The translations under genes and the position numbers were made by a program. The notes beneath the pieces are model-generated. The model was not told where the DNA came from. It did not search any database and saw only the letters and a list, made by a program, of their open reading frames with translations. Positions 18,672 to 25,898 of a stretch of DNA of 62,240 nucleotides are shown here, piece by piece; position 1 is the stretch's first letter, and each line of letters opens with the position of its first letter. Source of the stretch: a virus. The DNA lies in IMG/VR virus record IMGVR_UViG_3300045988_042951. One strand, 5' to 3'.

Positions 18672-19170
18672 CCCACAGGGGTTTTATCCACAGCAGTACG
18701 GCAATTATGCACCATATCAACAGATGCAGCAACAGAGATTTCAGCCTCAGGAGCAATATCAGGCAATGCAGAATCAGCAGGCGATACCTCAGCAGGCAAT
18801 AGGGCTTAATGGACGTATTGTGCAAGTGGTCGAAAACATCAACGCCAACGAGGTCCCCATGGATGGCAGTATGGCTTTTTTCCCGAAACAGGATATGTCA
18901 GAGATTTATGTCAAGGGTTGGAATGCTGATGGAACAATCAAGACGATTGTGTATAAGCCACAAATAGACAATAAATCTGTGCAAGCGGTAAATACTCCGC
19001 TCGATACGGAAAAACTCAAAATCGACCTATCAGAGCAAGCCACAGCAGGCATTATGCAACGCTTTGATGACTTATCGGCAAAGATTGAGCAGTTGGAAAA
19101 CAAGGTAGCTTTAGGAACGCAAAGAAAAAATTCACAATCGCAAAGTAAAAAGGAGAGTGATGAGGCATGA
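18631..19170 (+). CDS. Q-rich low-complexity protein with conserved-looking C-terminal half
   Basis: N-terminal NPQ/QQ-rich stretch, then GRIVQVVENINANEVPMDGSMAFFP...TIVYKP. Confidence 0.6.
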   Translation: MQLNNPQYMNSVYNPQGFYPQQYGNYAPYQQMQQQRFQPQEQYQAMQNQQAIPQQAIGLNGRIVQVVENINANEVPMDGSMAFFPKQDMSEIYVKGWNADGTIKTIVYKPQIDNKSVQAVNTPLDTEKLKIDLSEQATAGIMQRFDDLSAKIEQLENKVALGTQRKNSQSQSKKESDEA

Positions 19171-19403
19171 TGAACCCGATGCAATTAATTCAAATGATGC
19201 GTGGCGGCAATCCGCAGCAGTTCTTACAGCAGATGATGGGGAATAACAGCGTAATGAGCAACCCTATGGCTAGAAATGCTATGCAGATGGCTCAAAAAGG
19301 AGATTCCAAGGGCATAGAGCAGATGGCTAGGAATTTGTGTCAAGAAAAAGGGTTAAACCCCGATGACATTATAAAGCAAATTAAAAGTGGATTTGGAATA
19401 TAG
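19167..19403 (+). CDS. M/Q/N-rich small protein
   Basis: ATGATG overlap with the upstream gene. Sequence: MMNPMQLIQMMRGGNPQQFLQQMMGNN... Confidence 0.55.
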   Translation: MMNPMQLIQMMRGGNPQQFLQQMMGNNSVMSNPMARNAMQMAQKGDSKGIEQMARNLCQEKGLNPDDIIKQIKSGFGI

Positions 19404-19461
19404 CATATTAGAGGAAAACCCGGGAACCTCTTTATGAATAAATTAAACAGGAGGACAAAAT

Positions 19462-20244
19462 ATGTTCAACTCAAATTGTGCATCGGTTCCGTTGGTCGCC
19501 AATATCGACGGAAACAATAATAATGGCTGGGGAGCTGACGGCGGATGGCTTTGGTTTATAGTCGTTATCTTTGCGATTTTCGGTGGCTGGGGCGGTGGCT
19601 TCGGCGGCTGGGGCAACAATGGCGGCGGTGCTATGCAGGGCTACGCTACGCAAGCAGATATTCAGCGCGGATTTGATAATCAGGCGGTTATCTCAAAGCT
19701 TGACGGATTATCAAACGGCTTATGTGATGGCTTCTACGCTATGAATAACAGTGTACTTACTGGTTTCAACGGTATTAACACAAATATCATGCAGACCGGT
19801 TATGGCATCCAGCAGGCTATTAACGCTGATACAGTTGCTAACATGCAGAATACCAATGCTTTACAAGCGCAGCTTGCTAACTGCTGCTGTGAGACAAGGG
19901 AAGCCATCCAGGGCATAAACTACAATATGGCTACTAACACCTGTGCTTTACAGAACACAATGAATAATAATACAAGAGATATTATTGACAGCCAGCAGGC
20001 AGGAACGAGGGCTATTCTTGATTATCTCTGCAATGAAAAAATCTCTAGCTTACAGGCAGAGAATAACGACCTTCGCAGAGCAGCTTCACAGGATAGACAG
20101 TCAGCGTTGCTCACTACTGCAATGTCAGCACAGACACAGCAGATTATCAATGCTGTAAATCCTACAGCTATTCCAGCCTATGTTGTGCCTAATCCTAATG
20201 CTTATGCGTATGGCTGTGGTTGCAACACCGGCTGTAATTGCTAA
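19462..20244 (+). CDS. Gly/Trp-rich membrane-anchored, N/Q-rich, Cys-cluster protein
   Basis: GGWLWFIVVIFAIFGGWGGGFGGWG (TM segment flanked by GGW repeats, like YjcZ-type tiny sporulation proteins), internal CCCE, C-terminal YGCGCNTGCNC. Confidence 0.6.
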   Translation: MFNSNCASVPLVANIDGNNNNGWGADGGWLWFIVVIFAIFGGWGGGFGGWGNNGGGAMQGYATQADIQRGFDNQAVISKLDGLSNGLCDGFYAMNNSVLTGFNGINTNIMQTGYGIQQAINADTVANMQNTNALQAQLANCCCETREAIQGINYNMATNTCALQNTMNNNTRDIIDSQQAGTRAILDYLCNEKISSLQAENNDLRRAASQDRQSALLTTAMSAQTQQIINAVNPTAIPAYVVPNPNAYAYGCGCNTGCNC

Positions 20245-20443
20245 AACTGAATAATTGAGTATCTTAATTGAGTTTAACTCAATTATGTCTGCCAAGCAGT
20301 ATTACTTGATGTTACCGACACAAATGTCGGGAAGATAAAGGGCAGACTATAATGTTTGCCCTTTTGCACATTGAAAACAGAATATTAAGTTGATGGATTT
20401 TTAAAGTTGTGGTACAATTTTCAAAAAAGAAAGGAGTGCCAAA

Positions 20444-20758
20444 ATGGTTATTTTCAGACAACACAGAGGTGGATTAGCTGAATCCCTAGAAACGGCAAGG
20501 GAATTTGAAAACTTTGATGATATGAAAAAATACATATATCAAATTCACAAAGACTTTTGCCAAAAGACAGGAGTAGAAAATGCACCATTTGAAATATCAG
20601 ACATTGTAATTGACCATACTTCAAAAGCAGAAGATGCGAGAACGAATTGGCATGATACAATGTATGTTTGTGTTAAACGATACGGAGATGAAGATTATAT
20701 TGAAAAATACGGAACTCCGCAATGCATAGGAATGTGTGCTACAGACTACAAAAAATAA
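20444..20758 (+). CDS. hypothetical protein
   Basis: ATG after AAAGGAG. Followed by the hairpin ACCATCAACT..AGTTGGTGGTTTTTT. Confidence 0.55.
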   Translation: MVIFRQHRGGLAESLETAREFENFDDMKKYIYQIHKDFCQKTGVENAPFEISDIVIDHTSKAEDARTNWHDTMYVCVKRYGDEDYIEKYGTPQCIGMCATDYKK

Positions 20759-20830
20759 ATAATGGATTTTCAAACCATCAACTAATATTCAGTTGGTGGT
20801 TTTTTATTTTATGAAAGAGAGGTAAGGATA

Positions 20831-21250
20831 ATGGAAGTAACAGGAATTGCATTACAAACCGTTGCCGCTGGAGAAGATGTTGCATTTACAGAAACACCGG
20901 TATGCGGTAGCAAATGTATAGTCCACAGACAGGGAAGTGGAATTATCAAGTTAAGAGGCATTACAAATCAGTGCAAGGCAAGATTTTTAGTATCATATTC
21001 TGGTAACATTCAGATACCGACAGGCGGTACAGTAGGCGAGATTTCTCTTGCAATCGCAGTTGATGGAGAGCCTTTACAGTCAACAAAGATGATAGTCACT
21101 CCGGCAGCAGTTTCAAATTTATTTAACGTATCAGCTCAGGCATACGTTGATGTGCCTTGTGGCTGTTGCAGTACAGTAGCAGTGCAGAATACATCTACGC
21201 AGGCTATCGAAGTGCAGAACAGTAACTTAATAGCAATAAGGGAGGCTTGA
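20831..21250 (+). CDS. small beta-rich Cys-containing protein (BclA-CTD/C1q- or spore-appendage-like by eye)
   Basis: Alternating beta-strand pattern: FLVSYSGNIQIP...ISLAIAVDGEPL...PCGCCSTVAVQN...LIAIREA. No search possible. Confidence 0.5.
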   Translation: MEVTGIALQTVAAGEDVAFTETPVCGSKCIVHRQGSGIIKLRGITNQCKARFLVSYSGNIQIPTGGTVGEISLAIAVDGEPLQSTKMIVTPAAVSNLFNVSAQAYVDVPCGCCSTVAVQNTSTQAIEVQNSNLIAIREA

Positions 21251-21256
21251 CGCAAT

Positions 21257-21988
21257 ATGCATATCGAAAGAATACACAGAATGATTGAATGTCTTACCGA
21301 AAAGACACTGTCCGAACTTGACAAAGGCATTGAAAACGTAAATGTTGAGGAAATGTCTGAAGCCGTTGATATGATTAAGGATTTATGCGAAGCGGAATAT
21401 CGCGCGGTTATTGTAAAGTCAATGAAAGAAGCAGATGAGGAAGAGAAAGAGCATGACAAAGAACTTCTTAGAGTTTTAAAAGACGAATACGGCGAAGAGG
21501 GTGGCAGACGCTACTACGATGAATACCGCTATATGCGTACTGGCAGGTACGCACCAAAAGGCAAGGGCAGTTATGTAGGCAGACGTGGTTATGAGGAACC
21601 GCCATATTGGCACAGATACCCGGGCGATATGACAGATATGGATTATGACAGCATGGAGCGCATGAGAGACATGGATAGATTGAGCCGGGGCAAAATGTAT
21701 TACACCGACATGTCAGACCGCATGGGAATGATTGACCAGCCGAGAAACGGCAGTTCTACGGAACGTGATATGCGTGAGGGCAGAAGTGGCATAAGCCGCA
21801 AGCATTACATGGAGGCTAAGGAACAGCACAAGGCAAACACTCAGCAGGACAAGGATGCCAAAATGCAGTCACTCGACGAGTACATGAGGGAGTTGAGCGC
21901 TGATATGACAGAGCTTTTAACCGACATGACACCTGAGGAACGCACAATGCTAAAAAGTAAAATGTCAGTGCTTATGACTAAGATTTGA
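21257..21988 (+). CDS. charged D/E/R/M/Y-rich low-complexity protein
   Basis: RRYYDEYRYMRTGRYAPKGKG...MERMRDMDR...; C-terminal LDEYMRELSADMTELLTDMTPEE. Confidence 0.55.
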   Translation: MHIERIHRMIECLTEKTLSELDKGIENVNVEEMSEAVDMIKDLCEAEYRAVIVKSMKEADEEEKEHDKELLRVLKDEYGEEGGRRYYDEYRYMRTGRYAPKGKGSYVGRRGYEEPPYWHRYPGDMTDMDYDSMERMRDMDRLSRGKMYYTDMSDRMGMIDQPRNGSSTERDMREGRSGISRKHYMEAKEQHKANTQQDKDAKMQSLDEYMRELSADMTELLTDMTPEERTMLKSKMSVLMTKI

Positions 21989-22035
21989 TTTTTAGAGGTA
22001 GGGGCAGAAATGCTCCTACCATTGTGAGGTGTATT

Positions 22036-22356
22036 ATGTTTACGATTAACGGCGTTGATTGGAACTTAATATTTGTAAATGGCGCAAGCCACGATTTATT
22101 GCGTTCAGACGGCACTACAAGCCTTGCTGTGACTGATTGGAACCGCAGGAGTATATTTGTATCAACCGCACCAAAAGGGACGTATTTAAGGCGCATAATC
22201 GCTCACGAACTATGCCACGCATTTTGTTTCAGCTATGACATATCAATGCCGATTGAACAGGAAGAATATCTTGCGGGCTGGATAAGCCTTTACGGCACTG
22301 ATTTAGTATATTTGCTTGACGACATCATGTCAAGCCTAGCACGGAGGGCAGTATGA
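22036..22356 (+). CDS. putative small Zn-metallopeptidase-like protein (HExxH)
   Basis: IIAHELCHAF motif. ATG 22036 follows GTGAGGTG; the longer upstream extension lacks an RBS. Confidence 0.5.
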   Translation: MFTINGVDWNLIFVNGASHDLLRSDGTTSLAVTDWNRRSIFVSTAPKGTYLRRIIAHELCHAFCFSYDISMPIEQEEYLAGWISLYGTDLVYLLDDIMSSLARRAV

Positions 22357-22493
22357 CAGCGGAACAGTTATTAGAGTACATAAGGAGAACCAACCCGGAA
22401 ATGACCATGGAGCGTATGCTATACGAACTTAGTCAAAGCATATATGCGGCTAAAGCTGTGGTTTTTACTGCACAGAATCAAGTTGAAAAATAA
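22353..22493 (+). CDS. very small hypothetical ORF (46 aa)
   Basis: ATGA overlap with the upstream stop. Confidence 0.35.
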   Translation: MTAEQLLEYIRRTNPEMTMERMLYELSQSIYAAKAVVFTAQNQVEK

Positions 22494-22515
22494 TTAAAAA
22501 ATTTTGATGTAAAAA

Positions 22516-22748
22516 TTTTTAATACCCCCTACCTATGAAAATGAAAAATAAAAAATCGAAGTCAAATTCTTGTGAAATTTGGCTCCGATTTAGTGTCATT
22601 TTGTCTGATTTTCTCGATATTTTTTTCAAAAAATTTTCCTAAAATTTTCGGGTCAACATTTTTGGTACGCCCCTATACCCGGAACGCAAATTTTGAAAAT
22701 TGATTTCAGATTTTCGCAAAACTCGGCTCTGATTTGGTGTTGTTTTTG
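22516..22748. repeat. two ~90-nt degenerate direct repeats spaced 143-144 nt apart in AT-rich non-coding DNA
   Basis: TTTTTAATACCCCCTACC...GGCTCCGATTTAGTGT (22516-22596) versus TTTTTGGTACGCCCCTATACC...GGCTCTGATTTGGTGT (22659-22740). Confidence 0.7.
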
Positions 22749-22947
22749 AGCCTAAAATGGATCTGTGTGACGGCGGGACCAGTAGAATATCACGCCCAAA
22801 GCCACCCGGCTCTGCCTATGACAATAAAGTTAGGCGCAACGAACAGACCACCAAACAGCATTGCGTTACAAGCTGTCGCCCATTAAGGGCGCAGTTGTCC
22901 GCTTGATGATAAAATAGCACTTCGATTTCAATTTGTCAAGGAACGAC

Positions 22948-22978
22948 AAAAAGAGAACTTTTTAGAAGTTCTCTTTTT
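22948..22978. terminator. bidirectional rho-independent terminator
   Basis: AAAAAGAGAACTT-TTTAG-AAGTTCTCTTTTT. Confidence 0.8.
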
Positions 22979-22984
22979 AACTAC

Positions 22985-23146
22985 TTATTCCTCCTCAATG
23001 GTATCAAGCACCATCTGAATGGCGTACTCACGGGAGCACATCTCGGCACCATCCCATCTGTTCGCCTCAACCATCTTGTTGGCTTCGGTTTCTGCATCAG
23101 CACGAGTGTAGCCGCAGCTCATGAGCCAATTAATTATCTTGTCCAT
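22985..23146 (-). CDS. small acidic hypothetical protein (53 aa, below the ORF-track cutoff)
   Basis: The minus strand reads GGGAGGATTTACACC-ATG GAC AAG..., giving MDKIINWLMSCGYTRADAETEANKMVEANRWDG...EEE*. Confidence 0.6.
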   Translation of the reverse strand: MDKIINWLMSCGYTRADAETEANKMVEANRWDGAEMCSREYAIQMVLDTIEEE

Positions 23147-23195
23147 GGTGTAAATCCTCCCTTGCTAAATTTTCAAGCCCCAAAGCGGAGCTGAT

Positions 23196-23237
23196 ACCGC
23201 CGCCCGGTAATGAGCCGGGGACATTCTCTGCGGCGGT
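23196..23237 (-). other. structured intercistronic element (copy 1 of the ACCGCCGC...GCGGCGGT clamp)
   Basis: The plus strand reads ACCGCCGCCCGGTAATGAGCCGGGGACATTCTCTGCGGCGGT: an outer 8-bp stem enclosing an inner hairpin. Confidence 0.6.
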
Positions 23238-23242
23238 GAATT

Positions 23243-23545
23243 TTACAAGCCGTAAAAGCTGAGAAGTTCAGCCTTGCGGCTATCATCGAACACGACCTCA
23301 GTCTTGCGGACACCAAAATCACAAAATAGCCAAGTGTCGCCGGCAACTATCGAAGCTGCTAACCCTCCCATCAATGCGTGGTCGACACAGCCAGCGACTG
23401 CATAAGCCAGCATCTCAGTTGTACCCTTTGACAGGCAAGTCAACATAAGTGCCTCGCTTGTAGCTGTTTTTTTGGCTACAAGCTCCATAATTTCATTGCT
23501 AGACGTAAATACGTCATCGCAATTATAAATGTCTAGTTTCTTCAT
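23243..23545 (-). CDS. hypothetical protein (100 aa)
   Basis: ORF with ACGGAGGTATTAG upstream on the minus strand. Confidence 0.6.
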   Translation of the reverse strand: MKKLDIYNCDDVFTSSNEIMELVAKKTATSEALMLTCLSKGTTEMLAYAVAGCVDHALMGGLAASIVAGDTWLFCDFGVRKTEVVFDDSRKAELLSFYGL

Positions 23546-23596
23546 ATTCTAATACCTCCGTATATTTAATTATATAGCCGACTTTATCGGCTGAAA

Positions 23597-23642
23597 AGTG
23601 ACGGGCGGAATCGAACCGCCCACGTTGGCACCTGCCGTCACT
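23597..23642 (-). ncRNA. tRNA-like minihelix (7-bp acceptor-like stem plus T-arm GGCGG-UUCGAUU-CCGCC), no D or anticodon arms
   Basis: The minus strand reads AGUGACG-GCAGGUGCCAACGUG-GGCGG-UUCGAUU-CCGCC-CGUCACU. It starts 3 nt after the stop of 23646..23921. Confidence 0.5.
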
Positions 23643-23645
23643 TGG

Positions 23646-23921
23646 CTAGTTTGATAAAATCATTCTAGCCGTGTTATAAACATACAGCCTGTTGTGGCTG
23701 TGGCGTTTAAAATCTCCATTTTCAGCAATCACGCGCCCGATATTCTCATATTTGAGGCTCACAAGCATTAAATACTTGTCGAGCAGTTCATCCGGGCATT
23801 TCAGACACTCGATGGCGTTTTCTATCTCGTCTTTCTTGCTGTTATAATAAATGCCCTCGATTTTCACGCCCTTGCTGTCTTGAAGCTTTTCAAATTCCTG
23901 CATCAATTCTGCTTTCGTCAT
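23646..23921 (-). CDS. hypothetical protein (91 aa)
   Basis: ORF with TAAGGAGGAATTTTT upstream on the minus strand. Confidence 0.6.
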   Translation of the reverse strand: MTKAELMQEFEKLQDSKGVKIEGIYYNSKKDEIENAIECLKCPDELLDKYLMLVSLKYENIGRVIAENGDFKRHSHNRLYVYNTARMILSN

Positions 23922-23974
23922 AAAAATTCCTCCTTATAATGTTAAAATTTTAATACCCCTATAAAGAGGGGAGA

Positions 23975-24016
23975 ACCGCCGCCAGTATCGGTCTGGCTGG
24001 CATCCTCTGCGGCGGT
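23975..24016 (-). other. structured intercistronic element (copy 2 of the ACCGCCGC...GCGGCGGT clamp)
   Basis: The plus strand reads ACCGCCGCCAGTATCGGTCTGGCTGGCATCCTCTGCGGCGGT. It has the same outer stem and CTCTGCGGCGGT end as copy 1. Confidence 0.6.
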
Positions 24017-24022
24017 TTTCAC

Positions 24023-24232
24023 TTAAATAATCTCTGAATATCCTAAGATTTTAACATCTGCTGGAATGCAGAAGAACATCACACCGGACGGCTCATAATC
24101 TGGAACGTAAGAAGCGTTATAACTTCTTCCGTCATTTCCAATTGCCAGATATTCGCCGGCTGTATGCTTCTTTGCTATTTCCTCAAAACTTATTAAATCC
24201 TCTGTATTTATCTTTCTTTCTACAACTGTCAT
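24023..24232 (-). CDS. hypothetical protein (69 aa)
   Basis: ORF in the same leftward operon. Confidence 0.55.
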   Translation of the reverse strand: MTVVERKINTEDLISFEEIAKKHTAGEYLAIGNDGRSYNASYVPDYEPSGVMFFCIPADVKILGYSEII

Positions 24233-24311
24233 ATCTATTCTCTTTCTGGTCTGCCATCATCAGAGCCGGGAGACCATCCCACGGCTGACGCTCCGAAGTG
24301 GAGCGTTTCGG

Positions 24312-24491
24312 CTATCTTTTTCGGCTGTAAAAATTCTCGCAAACCTCATCAAACTCCTCCGGCTTGGCGATAAAACGGACGCGGTAGCCGTTGCCTCGGA
24401 GAGCATCTGCATAGGCTCTCTTCGTTGTAAAAGTATCATTTTTTACAACTTGTATCTCGCCCTCATATCTCACGCTTGCCATTAACATCAT
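24312..24491 (-). CDS. small hypothetical protein (59 aa, below the ORF-track cutoff), first gene of the leftward operon
   Basis: The minus strand reads AAGGAGGTGACTATAT-ATGATG..., giving MMLMASVRYEGEIQVVKNDTFTTKRAYADALRGNGYRVRF... Confidence 0.6.
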   Translation of the reverse strand: MMLMASVRYEGEIQVVKNDTFTTKRAYADALRGNGYRVRFIAKPEEFDEVCENFYSRKR

Positions 24492-24566
24492 ATATAGTCA
24501 CCTCCTTATTTTTGGGTACAACAAACACATGTTTTGTATTTGTTCTATTTCCCTTTCGTTGATATT

Positions 24567-24595
24567 ATAATATCACTTTTAACAGTGATAGTCAA
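24567..24595 (-). promoter_or_regulatory. leftward promoter (TTGACT-17-TATTATAAT) with operator O1 in its spacer
   Basis: The minus strand has TTGACT (24595-24590) and TATTAT (24572-24567). The perfect palindrome TATCACT-N6-AGTGATA at 24571-24590 fills the spacer. Confidence 0.7.
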
Positions 24596-24601
24596 TAGGT
24601 T

Positions 24602-24656
24602 TATCACTTTTTTTAGAAATATTTTTATTGACTTTTTTTTAAAACTGCCATATATT
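24602..24656 (+). promoter_or_regulatory. regulator promoter (TTGACT-17-TATATT) preceded by degenerate operator O2
   Basis: TATCACT-N6-AGAAATA at 24602-24621. TTGACT at 24628-24633. TATATT at 24651-24656. Confidence 0.6.
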
Positions 24657-24681
24657 AAAAACACAACGAGGAGGTGATAGG

Positions 24682-24930
24682 ATGCTTAAATATAAATTTA
24701 ACGTGGGCGATGCCTTGGAGCGCGCCGGCTTCAATACCTACAAAGCTAAAACAACCGGACTGATAAGCCAAGACGCATTAAGGAAGATTAAGAATGAAGA
24801 TACAGGCATTAACTTAACAACGCTCAACAACCTGTGCCTGATACTGGACTTGCAGCCGAAGGACATATTCATATATGAAGAGACAGCGGAGGAGCACGAG
24901 AAGAAATTAAAAGTTTTTTCAAAAAATTAA
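24682..24930 (+). CDS. small HTH DNA-binding regulator (82 aa)
   Basis: ISQDALRKIKNEDTGINLTTLNNLCLILDLQPKDIFIY is an XRE/Cro-like HTH. ATG follows GAGGAGGTGA. Confidence 0.7.
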   Translation: MLKYKFNVGDALERAGFNTYKAKTTGLISQDALRKIKNEDTGINLTTLNNLCLILDLQPKDIFIYEETAEEHEKKLKVFSKN

Positions 24931-24933
24931 AAA

Positions 24934-24971
24934 TATCACTTGCAAAAGTGATAAAGATATGATATTATAAT
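24934..24971 (+). promoter_or_regulatory. operator O3 plus promoter (TTGCAA-17-TATTATAAT) for 25050..25361
   Basis: Perfect TATCACT-N6-AGTGATA at 24934-24953. It overlaps the -35 TTGCAA (24940-24945). -10 at 24963-24971. Confidence 0.65.
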
Positions 24972-25049
24972 GATGTCGGAAGGGAGAAAATAAGAATTTC
25001 CGAACGTGTGTTTGTTGCACGAAAAATTAAAATTTGGGAGGAAAAAATC

Positions 25050-25361
25050 ATGACAGTTAAAGAGTACATTAATAGTTGCTTGCAGTTTGCGGAGGACACA
25101 AGAGAATGGGGTGGACTTAATGAATACCGCTTCTACAGCACGACGGAGGGCTGCGGCTACTGGTATGAATCCTGCGACAACGCCGAGGGTGGACTTGATG
25201 TAAGTTGGGCTTTCGGTTTGACGGCAGAGCAGATACTAGACGAGGGAGCGCAGCACTTCGTGGATGAGCTGGCGACGCTGATAAGATGTACCGCTGACCA
25301 GTGCGAGGACGAGCGCGACGCTGAGATGCTGTACAGTGATTTAAAGTATTTTGAGCATTAA
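25050..25361 (+). CDS. acidic hypothetical protein (103 aa)
   Basis: ATG 25050 follows GGGAGGAAAAAATC. Asp/Glu-rich sequence. The GTG-extended ORF-track start lies in the leader. Confidence 0.6.
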   Translation: MTVKEYINSCLQFAEDTREWGGLNEYRFYSTTEGCGYWYESCDNAEGGLDVSWAFGLTAEQILDEGAQHFVDELATLIRCTADQCEDERDAEMLYSDLKYFEH

Positions 25362-25365
25362 AAAA

Positions 25366-25405
25366 GCGAACCGGGCGAGGTTAAGAACTTTCCCGGTTCG
25401 TTTTC
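25366..25405 (+). terminator. rho-independent terminator
   Basis: GCGAACCGGG-N16-CCCGGTTCG followed by TTTT. Confidence 0.75.
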
Positions 25406-25571
25406 TGCTGTAAAGTGCCTATTAAATTAAATAATAATGGCTCCTGCCAAGTCACGACCGATTAAAAACGTACCAAGCGACATTAACGGTCAGCACTTCC
25501 AGCTCTCACAGCATACATGATTTACGGCTGGTTGTCAACGTATCAGATATTATATTGATGTATTTTAAGCA

Positions 25572-25715
25572 TTGACAAATCCACGGCTAACTGATAATAT
25601 CATAGACGGGCGAGGGCGAAGAACTCATGGTAGTATCGCAAATAGCACATTGACAACCGCATATCTCACACACCTATAATTTTAGACCAATAACAATCCG
25701 TTATGTGGTCTTTTT
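25572..25715 (+). ncRNA. candidate small RNA (orphan promoter-to-terminator unit)
   Basis: TTGACA-17-TAATAT (25572-25600). Second TTGACA-19-TATAAT (25650-25680). Hairpin AGACCA..TGGTCT plus T5 (25684-25715). No ORF. Confidence 0.3.
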
Positions 25716-25898
25716 GTCGTTCTGTTAATATCTCAACAATGTATCTTATTTAATCCCATGTCTTTAAGTTATTTATGTATCGTATATTATTATAAAATTT
25801 ACTGCCATAGATTAAGAGCCTGAGCCCTTATATTATATTTATTAATACATAGGGCTGCTGGGCAGATGAACACAGCCCACATCATTGCATTAACGTGA

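Noticed and set aside
22774-22782. Shared motif CGGGACCAG in two GC-rich non-coding patches (22774-22782 and 26984-26992).
   Set aside because: Only a 9-mer is shared and the flanks differ. Matches of this length are expected many times by chance in a genome of this size.
22790-22861. 23-aa hydrophobic minus-strand peptide (MLFGGLFVAPNFIVIGRAGWLWA) as a type I toxin.
   Set aside because: There is no Shine-Dalgarno sequence, no charged tail and no recognisable antisense RNA partner. The region is better treated as non-coding structured DNA/RNA.
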